From positions 28,796-92,795 of the forward strand of contig JAVEVQ010000001.1 of NCBI GenBank assembly GCA_034004945.1: a stretch of 64,000 bases of DNA, given 5' to 3'. The stretch is from Methyloversatilis sp. (GTDB lineage: Bacteria > Pseudomonadota > Gammaproteobacteria > Burkholderiales > Rhodocyclaceae). The notes under the pieces were generated by a model. That model was not told where the DNA came from. It ran no database searches and saw only the letters and a list, made by a program, of their open reading frames with translations. Positions 18,821-28,463 of this stretch are shown here, one piece after another. Position numbers and translations under genes: made by a program. The stretch's first letter is position 1; the number at the start of each line of letters is the position of its first letter.

Positions 18821-20599
18821 TCAGAAATACCCTTCCTGCTTCTTCTTTTCCATCGAACCGGCGGAATCGTGGTCGATCACGCGACCCTGGCGCTCCGACG
18901 TCGTGGTCAGCAGCATTTCCTGGATGATGTCGGTCAGCGTGTCGGCGGTCGATTCGACCGCACCGGTCAGCGGGTAGCAGCCCAGGGTGCGGAAACGGAC
19001 GTTCTTCGTCATCGGAACCTCTCCTGCGCGCAGCGGCATGCGTTCGTCGTCCACCATGATGAGCGTGCCGTCGCGCTCGACCACCGGGCGTGGCGCCGAG
19101 AAGTAGAGCGGCACGATGGGGATGTTCTGCAGGTAGATGTACTGCCAGATGTCCAGTTCGGTCCAGTTCGAGATCGGGAAGGCACGGATCGATTCGCCCT
19201 TGTGCTTGCGAGCGTTGTACAGGTTCCACAGCTCCGGCCGCTGGTTCTTCGGGTCCCAGCGGTGCTGTGCGGTGCGGAAAGAGAACACGCGCTCCTTGGC
19301 GCGTGATTTTTCCTCGTCGCGACGGGCACCGCCGAATGCGACGTCGAAACCGTACTTGTCGAGTGCCTGCTTCAGGCCCTCGGTTTTCATGATGTCGGTG
19401 TGGATGGCCGAGCCGTGTGTGAACGGGTTGATGCCCTTGGCGACGCCGTCCTGGTTGATATGCACGATGAGGTCCATGCCCAGCTTCTTCGCCATTTCGT
19501 CGCGGAACTGGTACATCGCCTTGAACTTCCAGGTGGTGTCCACGTGCAGCAGCGGGAAGGGCGGCACCGCCGGGTAGAAGGCCTTCATCGCCAGGTGCAG
19601 CATGACCGCGCTGTCCTTGCCGATGGAGTAGAGCATGACCGGGTTTTCGGCCTCGGCCACCACCTCGCGCATGATGTGGATGCTCTCGGCCTCCAGTCGC
19701 TGCAGGTGGGTCAGGGTGTCGGGATCGATCACTTCGGGTGTGGTCTGCATGGGCGCTCTCTGTTTGATCGCGGAATGATGGGGCGCAGCCGTGCTGCGCG
19801 CGTTCGAGCGCGTCACGACTGGCGGCGGATTCGACGACCGGGCCGCGGCGGGCATCACGGTCGGTGACATCGGCAGCGCGGTCCAGCGTATCGGTGGTGT
19901 CTGTGCCGACATCCAGCGGTCCAGTTCGCCGCCCGGTGTCAGCGCCAGGCCGCTCAGCAACAGGTGCACCGGCCGCTTCTGCGCGGCAGCGAGGCGTTGC
20001 CAGAAGCGCGTCCAGTCGTCGGCTTCCGGCGCGTTCGGGCACGCCACCCAGTGCAGCTGGCCGCGGCTGCCGCGTGCGAACAGGAGCCCGTGACGGCGCC
20101 CGGCGGCGGTGCCGGGCAGGACGCCACACCAGAAGGGTTCGTGGTCGCGCGCGACCGATTTCATCAGCGCGTGTACCTGCCTGTCGTCATCGTCGGACAG
20201 CGCGGGCTGCAGGCCCCAGCCGGCACGGTAGCGGCCCAGGCTGCGCCGCGGCGGCACCGACAGACCCTGCTGCACGAACCACGCCGCGATCGCCTCGTCG
20301 CTCCACAGACGGTGCGGCAGACCGAGCGCATCCGGGGCGTGCTCGACCATGGCGCTCAGCAGTTTCCGTTCGATCGACGCGTCGAGCTTGCGGCCGCTGC
20401 CCGCGCTGCGGCCGCGCCGGCGCAGCCGTACGGCGTCCCAGCCACCGGCCAGGTAGGCCTTGTGCGCGGCGATGACCGTTGGTGCGCTCAGGCGCACCGC
20501 GGCCGCTACGGCGGCCACAGTCATGCCGGCCAGGCGCAGCTTCACCGCTTCACGGCGGCGTTCGTTCAACTCGTCGGCAGAGAGGTTTCTAGCGTCCAT
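18821..20599 (-). CDS. cysD: Sulfate adenylyltransferase subunit 2 with N-terminal IS630-transposase-derived extension (internal start at 19750 would give canonical CysD)
   Basis: C-terminal 309 aa have [25 protein letters not shown] and KKQEGYF; N-terminal ~245 aa resemble IS630 HTH plus a dead DDE domain; no stop codon between the two parts. Confidence 0.9.
   Translation of the reverse strand: MDARNLSADELNERRREAVKLRLAGMTVAAVAAAVRLSAPTVIAAHKAYLAGGWDAVRLRRRGRSAGSGRKLDASIERKLLSAMVEHAPDALGLPHRLWSDEAIAAWFVQQGLSVPPRRSLGRYRAGWGLQPALSDDDDRQVHALMKSVARDHEPFWCGVLPGTAAGRRHGLLFARGSRGQLHWVACPNAPEADDWTRFWQRLAAAQKRPVHLLLSGLALTPGGELDRWMSAQTPPIRWTALPMSPTVMPAAARSSNPPPVVTRSNARSTAAPHHSAIKQRAPMQTTPEVIDPDTLTHLQRLEAESIHIMREVVAEAENPVMLYSIGKDSAVMLHLAMKAFYPAVPPFPLLHVDTTWKFKAMYQFRDEMAKKLGMDLIVHINQDGVAKGINPFTHGSAIHTDIMKTEGLKQALDKYGFDVAFGGARRDEEKSRAKERVFSFRTAQHRWDPKNQRPELWNLYNARKHKGESIRAFPISNWTELDIWQYIYLQNIPIVPLYFSAPRPVVERDGTLIMVDDERMPLRAGEVPMTKNVRFRTLGCYPLTGAVESTADTLTDIIQEMLLTTTSERQGRVIDHDSAGSMEKKKQEGYF
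19860..20599 (-). mobile_element. IS630-family transposase-derived domain, catalytically dead, no IS ends recognised
   Basis: [31 protein letters not shown]...LWS..AI and GRY...WG are IS630 hallmarks; DDE positions substituted. Confidence 0.7.
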
Positions 20600-20718
20600 T
20601 CTTCACGGACAGGGTTGTCATCCGTCATGTAGAGTACAAGCATTCAGTGCGCAGATTGTGTGCATTAATTATTTAGTGGCCGTTTAAGTGGCCGCACATT
20701 TGCCCGTCAGGAGAAAAG

Positions 20719-21495
20719 ATGAAGGACGTCGCCGAACTGAAGACCTTGCACGCGGCACTGCTGGACATCGTCCGTGACGCGGGCAAGTGCGTGATGGACG
20801 TGTATGCGACGGATTTCGAAGTTGCTGATAAATCGGATAATTCTCCCGTAACGCTCGCTGACAAGACGGCTGACGAAGTGATCGTTGCCCGCCTGAGGAC
20901 GCTTACGCCGGACATTTTCATCGTGTCCGAAGAGTCGACCGAAGCTGGTCAGCGCCCGGCGGACGGCGCACCTTTCTGGCTGGTCGATCCACTGGATGGC
21001 ACGAAAGAGTTCATCAACCGCAACGGCGAGTTCACCGTCAACATCGCGCTGATCGAAAACGGTCAGCCGGTGCTCGGGGTCGTGCTGGCGCCGGCCCTGG
21101 GCCGCCTGTTCTCGGGCATCGCCGGCGTCGGCGCCTGGCTGGAGGATGCCGACGGCGCCCGCGAAATCCGCTGCCGCGTGCCGCCGGCAGAGGGCCTCAC
21201 GGTGGTGGCCAGCCGTTCGCACGGCGACGCGGCCGCGCTCGACGCCTATCTCGCCGGACGCAAGGTGGCCGACCTGCGCAACGCCGGCTCGTCGCTGAAG
21301 ATCTGCCTGGTCGCCGCCGGCGAAGCCGATGTCTATCCGCGCCTCGGTCGCACGATGGAGTGGGACATCGCCGCCGGTCACGCGGTGCTGGTCGCCGCCG
21401 GCGGCCGCATCGAACAGGTCGACGGCTCGCCGTTCGGCTACGGCAAGCCTGATTTCGCCAATCCGCACTTCGCAGCTTGGGGGCTCGGCGCCTGA
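20719..21495 (+). CDS. cysQ: 3'(2'),5'-bisphosphate nucleotidase
   Basis: SPVTLAD, VSEE, FWLVDPLDGTKEF and EWDIAAGHA motifs. Confidence 0.93.
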   Translation: MKDVAELKTLHAALLDIVRDAGKCVMDVYATDFEVADKSDNSPVTLADKTADEVIVARLRTLTPDIFIVSEESTEAGQRPADGAPFWLVDPLDGTKEFINRNGEFTVNIALIENGQPVLGVVLAPALGRLFSGIAGVGAWLEDADGAREIRCRVPPAEGLTVVASRSHGDAAALDAYLAGRKVADLRNAGSSLKICLVAAGEADVYPRLGRTMEWDIAAGHAVLVAAGGRIEQVDGSPFGYGKPDFANPHFAAWGLGA

Positions 21496-21505
21496 GTTCC
21501 CTGCC

Positions 21506-23236
21506 ATGACCGCCTGGCTGGTTCTCGCCTCCATCGGCCTGTTGCTCGTACTGCTCGTGCATGGGCGCATCCCGCCCGCACCGTTGTTCGCCGGGCTGGC
21601 CACCTGTTACTACCTGACCGGCCTGCTCGACCAAAGGGCCTGGTTGGCCAGTTACACCAATCCGGCGCTGGCCATGCTGGTCATGCTGCTGCTGGTGTCG
21701 CTGGTGATCGAGCGCTCGCCGATACTGGAGCGCGTGTCCGACCGGCTGCTGCGCGGCTCGCCCGGCTGGGCGGTGGTGCGCTTCACCTCCGTCACCGCGC
21801 TGTTCTCGGCCTTCCTGAACAATACTGCTGTGGTGGGCGCGTTGCTTGGCGTGGTGAGCAAGCAGCGCCACCACCCGGCCTCGCTGCTGCTGATCCCGCT
21901 GTCCTTCGCCGCCATCGTCGGTGGTATTGCGACGCTGGTCGGCACCTCGACCAATCTGGTGGTCAGTTCGCTGATGGTGAATGCCGGCATGAAGCCGCTC
22001 GGCATGTTCGACCCGAGCTGGGTCGGCGTGCCGGTGGCACTGGTGTGCGTGGCGGTTCTGGCACTGTGCGTGCGCCTGCTGCCACGGCATGCGGCAAACG
22101 ACCGCGAACTGCAGCAGGCGTATTTTCTGGAAGCGCGGGTTGAGTCGGCGTCGTCGCTGATCGGCCGCAGTATCGAACAGAACCGGCTGCGCAACCTGGA
22201 AGGCCTGTTCCTGCTCGAAATCATGCGCGAGGGCCGGCTCATCTCGCCAGTCGCGCCGACCGAGGTGATCGAGGCGGGGGACGTGCTCATCTTCACCGGC
22301 GAGGTGGACAAGATGGCCGCGCTGCAGCGCTTCGACGGGCTGCAGGTGTTCGGCGTCGAGGCGAACGCGCTGCTGCGCTCCAACCTGCTCGAAGTGGTCG
22401 TGTCCAGCCAGTCGGAACTCGCGAACAAGACATTGCGCGAAGTCGATTTCCGTACCATGTTCGATGCCGGCGTGGTCGGCATACGGCGCGGCGACAAGCG
22501 ACTGACCGGACAGCTCGGTCGCGTGCCGCTGCATGTCGGCGACAGCCTGCTGCTGGCGGTCGGTCCCGATTTCGCCAACCACCGCAACATCGACCGCAAC
22601 TTCCACCTGGTCGGCGGCACAGTGCGGCCGCGCCTGACGCCGATGCAGAGCCGGCTCACGCTGGGTGCGTTCGCGGCGGTGATCGCGCTGTCCGGTCTGG
22701 AAATCGTGCCGCTGTTCACCGGGCTGCTGCTGTTGCTCGCCGGCCTCGTAGTCAGCGGCCTGCTGACGCTGGGCGAGATGCGCCGCCGCTTTCCGTTCGA
22801 CCTGGTGCTCACCATCGGTTCGTCGCTGGCCATCGCCCAGGTGCTGGAGAACAGCGGTGCCGCCGAACTGATGACCGGCGCGCTGCGTGCGCTGTACGAC
22901 GGTCACGGCGTGGTGGGCGCCTTTATCGGCATCTACCTGCTCACCGTCATCCTGACCGAGCTGGTGACCAACAACGCTGCCGCGGCGCTCGCCTTTCCGA
23001 TCGCCCTGTCGACCGCGCGCGCCTTCGATGCCGACCCGATGCCCTTCGTGATGGCGGTGCTGTACGGTGCCAGCGCCGGTTTCCTGGTGCCTTTCGGCTA
23101 CCAGACCCATCTGATGGTGTATTCGCCCGGGCGCTACCGCATGCTGGATTTCGTCCGCGTCGGCCTGCCGATCACGGTCGCCTACGGTGCGACCGTGCTG
23201 CTGCTGGTGCCGGTGTTCTTCCCGTTCGCCCGTTGA
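21506..23236 (+). CDS. SLC13/DASS family permease with TrkA-C domains (probable sulfate transporter)
   Basis: [22 protein letters not shown] and [10 protein letters not shown] motifs; two central TrkA-C repeats; sits among cys genes. Confidence 0.88.
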   Translation: MTAWLVLASIGLLLVLLVHGRIPPAPLFAGLATCYYLTGLLDQRAWLASYTNPALAMLVMLLLVSLVIERSPILERVSDRLLRGSPGWAVVRFTSVTALFSAFLNNTAVVGALLGVVSKQRHHPASLLLIPLSFAAIVGGIATLVGTSTNLVVSSLMVNAGMKPLGMFDPSWVGVPVALVCVAVLALCVRLLPRHAANDRELQQAYFLEARVESASSLIGRSIEQNRLRNLEGLFLLEIMREGRLISPVAPTEVIEAGDVLIFTGEVDKMAALQRFDGLQVFGVEANALLRSNLLEVVVSSQSELANKTLREVDFRTMFDAGVVGIRRGDKRLTGQLGRVPLHVGDSLLLAVGPDFANHRNIDRNFHLVGGTVRPRLTPMQSRLTLGAFAAVIALSGLEIVPLFTGLLLLLAGLVVSGLLTLGEMRRRFPFDLVLTIGSSLAIAQVLENSGAAELMTGALRALYDGHGVVGAFIGIYLLTVILTELVTNNAAAALAFPIALSTARAFDADPMPFVMAVLYGASAGFLVPFGYQTHLMVYSPGRYRMLDFVRVGLPITVAYGATVLLLVPVFFPFAR

Positions 23237-23252
23237 ACCGCGCAGGGCGCGC

Positions 23253-24443
23253 TCAGGCGGCCTGCCCGGCGCACCAGCCGGACGACCAGGCCCACTGGAA
23301 GTTGTAGCCGCCGAGCCAGCCGGTCACATCGACCACCTCGCCGACGAAGTGCAGGCCGGGCACGCGCCGGGCCGCCATCGTCTTCTGGTCGAGCTCGCGC
23401 GTATCGACACCGCCCAGCGTCACTTCCGCCTTGTTGTAGCCCAGCGTGCCGGACGGATGCAGTGCCCAACCCTTGAGCTTCGCCGCGATGTCGGCCAGCG
23501 CCGCACGCGGCAGCTCGACCAGCGCGCTGCCCCATCGGCCGCCGCCTTCGAAATCGACCCACTGCTGGGCGAAGCGTCTGGGCAGGTGCTCGCCGAGCAG
23601 CGCGCTCAGCGTCTGCCGGCCGGCACGCGCCGACTGCAGCCAGCCCTCGGCATCGTCGATGTCGGGCAGCAGGTCGATGCGCACCGGCTCGCGGCCGCCG
23701 GCCTGCTGCCAGTAGCTGGAGGCCTGCAGGATGGCCGGGCCGGACAGGCCGCGGTGAGTGAGCAGGGTCTGTTCGCGGAATTCCGGGCCGTCGCAGGACG
23801 CGATCGAATCGAATGACGCGCCGGACAGTTCGCCGAAGCGCGCCAGCCAGTCCGGGTCCAGCGCCAGCGGCACCAGCGCCGGCCTGGGCGCCACCACCTT
23901 GAGGCCGAACTGCTCGGCCACCTTGTAGCCGAAGGGCGTGGCGCCGATCTTCGGCACGGTCAGCCCGCCGGTGGCGATCACCAGCGAGGCGGCAAAGCGC
24001 GCGCCCTGGTCGGTATCGACGCGGAACAGATCACCTTCGCGGGTGACGCCCGCCACCGCCGACGGCTGTTGCCAGCGCACGCCGCCGGCGTCGCACTCCG
24101 CCTTCAGCAGGTCGATGATCTGCTGTGAACTGTCGTCGCAGAACAGCTGGCCCAGCGTCTTCTCGTGGTAGCGGATGCCGTGCCGTTCGACCAGCGCGAC
24201 GAAATCGCGCGGCGTGTAGCGCGACAGCGCCGAGCGGCAGAAATGCGGGTTCTGCGACAGGAAGCAATCCGGCCGGAGGTCGCGGTTGGTGAAGTTGCAG
24301 CGGCCGCCGCCGGAGATGCGGATCTTCTCGGCCAGCTTCGGGTAGTGGTCGATCAGCAGCACGCTGCGGCCGCGGCCGCCGGCGGTGGCGGCACACATCA
24401 GGCCGGCCGCGCCGGCGCCGATCACGATCACGTCGACATGCAT
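23253..24443 (-). CDS. HI0933/BaiN-family flavoprotein
   Basis: GAGAAG, KIRISGGGRCNFTN, VTLGGVD and GGYNFQWAW motifs. Confidence 0.92.
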   Translation of the reverse strand: MHVDVIVIGAGAAGLMCAATAGGRGRSVLLIDHYPKLAEKIRISGGGRCNFTNRDLRPDCFLSQNPHFCRSALSRYTPRDFVALVERHGIRYHEKTLGQLFCDDSSQQIIDLLKAECDAGGVRWQQPSAVAGVTREGDLFRVDTDQGARFAASLVIATGGLTVPKIGATPFGYKVAEQFGLKVVAPRPALVPLALDPDWLARFGELSGASFDSIASCDGPEFREQTLLTHRGLSGPAILQASSYWQQAGGREPVRIDLLPDIDDAEGWLQSARAGRQTLSALLGEHLPRRFAQQWVDFEGGGRWGSALVELPRAALADIAAKLKGWALHPSGTLGYNKAEVTLGGVDTRELDQKTMAARRVPGLHFVGEVVDVTGWLGGYNFQWAWSSGWCAGQAA

Positions 24444-24523
24444 GGACGGGGAGGGCGGAAGGACGAAAGGCGCGAGTGTAGCGGGCGGCAGCGCAAACCC
24501 GGGGCCTGAAGTTGCATCGCCGG

Positions 24524-26524
24524 ATGCGATTCATCCACTCCCTGCGTCGCGGTTCGGTGCGCACCCGGCTGGTCATGCTGGTGCTGGCGCCACCGCTGCC
24601 GATCGGGCTGGTCTTGCACTGGGGCAATTCGGCCTACGACCAGTTGCTCATCTACAAGGTGAATGCCGAGCTGACCATTGCACGCCAGTACTTCGACCGC
24701 GTGCTCGATGGTCAGAAGCAGGCGATCGCCGGGCTGGCCGCATCGGGCAGGCTGCGCAGCGTGCTCGACAACCCGGCCCGGCTCGGTGCGCTGCTGGCGA
24801 CGCAGGCCGGCGCGCAGCGCTTCGACTATCTGTATGTGCTCGATCGCGAGGGGCGGGTGCGCGCATCCTCCAACGACGCCAGTCCGGGGGAGGCGCGCAC
24901 CGACTGGCCGGTGGTGCGCGGTGCACTCGCGGCCGACGCCAAGGTCGCGCTGTCGGTGTTCGACGCTGCCCGGCTCGAAGCGATCAGCCCGCCGCTGCTG
25001 AGCGCGCCCGCCTCGCCATCGTGCCGACCACCAACGCACGCCCCGACCCGCGCAGCGGGGAAGACCGCGGCATGGTGATCGACATCGCCGTGCCGATATT
25101 CGACGTGCAGGGCGAACAGATCGGCGTGCTCGAAGGCGGTCAGCTGCTGAACCGCAACCTCGATTTCGTCGACACCATCAACGACCTGGTCTACAACGAC
25201 GGCGCGCTGCCGCTGGGCTCGCGCGGCACCGCCACGCGCTTTCTCGACGACGTGCGCATCGCCACCAATGTGCGCATGTTCGGCGGCGACCGCGCGCTCG
25301 GCACGCGCGTGTCGGCGGCGGTGCGCCATCGCGTGCTCGACAACGGCGAGCGCTGGCTGGACCGCGCCTTCGTCGTGAACGACTGGTATGTGTCGGGCTA
25401 CGAGCCGGTGGTCGATGGCGACGACCGGCGCATCGGCATGCTCTATGTCGGCTTCCTCGAGGCGCCTTTCCGCGAGGTGAAGCAGAACATCCTGGCGGCG
25501 CTGATCGGCCTGTTCGCGCTCATCATGGCGACCGGTGTCGTGCTGTGGCTGCGCGGTGCGCGCAGCATCTTCCGGCCGATCGAACGGATGGACGCCACCA
25601 TCGGCGCCGTCGAGAAAGGCGACGCCTCGGCGCGCACCGGTGCGGTCGAGGGCGGCGAGGGCGGCGAGGAGATCGCCCGTCTGGCCAGTCACCTCGACAC
25701 GCTGCTCGACACCGTGGCCGCGCGCGAGGCCGAGCTGAAACAGCTCAATGCCGAACTGGACCAGAAGGTGGTTGAGCGCACGGCCGAACTGCGTGAGGCA
25801 CAGCGCCAGCTGGTGCGTTCGGAAAAGCTGGCCGCCATCGGCCAGCTCACCGCCGGCGTTGCGCACGAAATCAACAATCCGATCGCCGTGATGCAGGGTA
25901 ATCTCGACCTGATGCGCGCCTTGCTCGGCCCGGCCGGCAATACGGTGAAGACCGAAGTCCGTCTGCTCGACGAACAGATCAACCGCATCCGCGTCATCGT
26001 GACCAAGCTGCTGCAGTACGCGCGGCCGGGCGAGTTCGCCGGCTATGTGGACGAACTGGACACCGCCACGCTGCTGCACGATACGCTGCCGCTGGTGCAG
26101 CATCAGGCGCGCAAGTCCGGCGTCGACATCGTGTTCGACACCGAAGCGACGACGCGGGTGCGCATCAATCGTGACGAACTGCAGCAGGTGCTGGTGAACC
26201 TCGTCGTCAATGCGCTGCACGCGATGCCCGACGGCGGCACGCTGGCGACCCGCGACAGTGAAGATCCGCCCGGCGCACGGATAGACGTGCGCGACACCGG
26301 CCATGGCATCGCGCCCGAACACATCGGTCGCGTGTTCGACCCCTTCTTCACCACCAAGCGCTTGGAAGGCACAGGCCTCGGGCTTGTCGGTGTCACTCGG
26401 TCTGATCGAGCGTTATGGCGGCACCATCACGGTCAGCAGCACGCCGGGCGAGGGCACCTGCTTCAGTGTGCATCTGCTGGCCGAGCCTCAGTTCCGCGGC
26501 GCCGAGGGGCCGGCGCACGCGTAA
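24524..26524 (+). pseudogene. Cache-HAMP-HisKA-HATPase sensor kinase with two frameshifts (about 25000 and 26385)
   Basis: Three ORF pieces join into one kinase: ..PPLL|ERARLAIV.., AHEINNP, FDPFFTTK..GTGLGL|SVSLGLIERYGG. Confidence 0.8.
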
Positions 26525-26564
26525 GAGTGGCGCCGCGACGTGGTCGGCTTCGATGTCGGCTGCA

Positions 26565-26830
26565 ATCGCGAGCAAGCTTGCTCCCACAGAAACCCGGCTC
26601 AGCTCGCGGATCGGGAGTGTGTTCGTGGGAGCGACCTTTGGTCGCGATGCGGCGATCGAGGGCCGCCGGCTTCGATCGAGGCCGCCATCGCGAGCAAGCT
26701 CGCCCACAGAAACCCGGCTCAGCTCGTGGATCGGGAGTGTGTTCGTGGGAGCGACCTTTGGTCGCGATGCGGCGATCGAGGGCCGCCGGCTTTGGTACAT
26801 GCCGCAATCGCGACCAGAGGTCGCTCCCAC
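26565..26830. repeat. Array of five alternating REP palindromes (GTGG family, REPIN/BIME-like) with a 120-bp tandem unit
   Basis: GTGGGAGCGACCTTTGGTCGCGAT at 26625 and 26745; reverse-orientation variants at 26565, 26687 and 26807. Confidence 0.88.
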
Positions 26831-26872
26831 AGAACCTTCGCTCGAGTCGCCGACCCGTCTCCTGCCGCTGCC

Positions 26873-28072
26873 TCAGCGCACGATGGAAAAGCCGACCCTG
26901 AATTGCGCCGGACCGCTGCGGTTGTAGTCGATCAGGCTCTCGCCGTAGCCGTTGAAATACTGGAAGTGCAGGAAGCCGCCGGCGCCGGCATCGGCCAGCA
27001 GGCGGCGCTTCAGCCGGTAGGACAGGTCGAGCTGCAGCGAGCCCTGGTCGCCCGGATAGCTTTCCGCCTTCAGCAGCCAGCCATCGTCGTTACCCACTTC
27101 GAGGCCGACCAGCGCGTAGCCGCGGTACTTCGAAATATCGCGGTTGGTCGGGTCGCGGTCGGTGTAGTCGAACAGCTTCACCGAGGCGCCGACGTGGGTG
27201 TTGTGGTCGATGTCCCAGCGCCAGGACGGCTTCAGGAACAAGGTGTCGATCGAGCGCGATTCGCTGCCGTCGCGGCCGTTCGACTGGTGTTCGTAACCGG
27301 CCTGGGCGCTCACCGTGTGGCGCGATCCTATCTGTCTGTAGGGGCCGAATTCGTAGAAGAAGCTTGGCCGGTAGGTGGTGTCGCGGAAGGGCTTGGAGTC
27401 GCCGCTCCAGTCCCAGGTCGAGGTCTGGGTGTAGCCGAAGTGCAGGCCGGTCAGCAGCTCGCCGAGCGGCAGTTCGGTCGCCCAGCCTTCGGGGTCGAAG
27501 ATGCGGTACTTGAACGACAGCTGGAAGCGCGCCGTGGTGTCGCCGCGCGAGCCGGCGACGAAATAGACCGGGTCGTGCGTCGCCAGACCGAGACGGTTGC
27601 GGCCCAGATTGACCACGCCGGCCGGTTCGGCGTCCTGCCCGTCTTCGGCGGTTGCGGCCCGGACGGCAGATGGCGTCGTGATGGCGACCGCGCCGGCCGC
27701 CAGCGGCGCCGGCCTGAGCTGCACCAGCAGCACGCTGGATGCGGCCGATGTCAGTTCCAGACGACCGGTGCCGTCGAGATCGGTCGGGAACACCGCCGAA
27801 TAGTCGCGTCGCCCGCTCTGCGCTGGCGCAGCCGCACGCAGCGTCACGTCGGCTGCGCGCGCGCCGACGATGATGCGCGCCTTCAGTTCGTCGTGCAGCG
27901 TGTCGCCGGTGGTCGATACGACGGTGAGCGTGAGCGGCAGACCCGGATCGATCACGGTCTGGCGCGTGGCGAGCAACAGGTCGGCCTGTGCGGGCGCTGC
28001 GAGCAGCGCGCCGAGCAGCGCGAACAGCGGGATGGACGGACGGAAGGGCGCGGCGTGGCGCGGGCGGATCAT
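26873..28072 (-). CDS. Outer-membrane phospholipase A (OMPLA/PldA family) with N-terminal extension
   Basis: FQLSFK, YTQTS.W, SKPFRDTTY and catalytic HQSNG motifs; YFNGYGESLIDYN; GAGGAG RBS. Confidence 0.85.
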   Translation of the reverse strand: MIRPRHAAPFRPSIPLFALLGALLAAPAQADLLLATRQTVIDPGLPLTLTVVSTTGDTLHDELKARIIVGARAADVTLRAAAPAQSGRRDYSAVFPTDLDGTGRLELTSAASSVLLVQLRPAPLAAGAVAITTPSAVRAATAEDGQDAEPAGVVNLGRNRLGLATHDPVYFVAGSRGDTTARFQLSFKYRIFDPEGWATELPLGELLTGLHFGYTQTSTWDWSGDSKPFRDTTYRPSFFYEFGPYRQIGSRHTVSAQAGYEHQSNGRDGSESRSIDTLFLKPSWRWDIDHNTHVGASVKLFDYTDRDPTNRDISKYRGYALVGLEVGNDDGWLLKAESYPGDQGSLQLDLSYRLKRRLLADAGAGGFLHFQYFNGYGESLIDYNRSGPAQFRVGFSIVR

Positions 28073-28346
28073 GGCGGAACTCCTCGTTGGACCAGCCGCG
28101 ATTCTGCCTTGGCGCCAGCGTCTTGCGCTGTCGGCATGGACCGACCTGCGGGCGTTGGCGCGCCGAGGGAGCACTCGGGGGCGAGGCCGGGGGGAGCGAC
28201 ACCCCGGAAATGCGGACCGCCACACTCCAGGCCCGGCATGCACCAGAAAGTTACGTTCTGCTGCCGGCTGATGCACGATGATTGGGCATGGCCCGAAGTG
28301 CCGCACCAGATGGTGCTCTCTTAACGGGAAACGTCTGCCCGGGTAC

Positions 28347-28391
28347 GCACGATTGCGGGGCATGAGTCGCCGAAAAGCACTAAAAGAGTGC
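28347..28391. promoter_or_regulatory. Tandem NtrC-like binding sites upstream of gdhA
   Basis: GCAC-TAAAAGA-GTGC (28377-28391) and GCAC-GATTGCG-GGGC (28347-28361), 30 bp apart. Confidence 0.55.
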
Positions 28392-28463
28392 TTGAACACG
28401 CAAATTCGATCAAAATGCTGGGCTGTGGTGCAAATATCTTAGGGCGTGATCCAGGAGAAAGTG

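Noticed and set aside
19860-20599. Active IS630 insertion upstream of cysD
   Set aside because: No DDE residues, no stop codon of its own, and no recognisable inverted repeats or target duplication.
26565-26830. Possible CRISPR array
   Set aside because: The repeats alternate in orientation, the spacers are duplicated rather than unique, and there are no cas genes; it fits a REP array.
24385-26901. 838-aa ORF as a single intact kinase
   Set aside because: Both ends are out-of-frame sequence and it reads through the REP array; the true N- and C-termini are in other frames.
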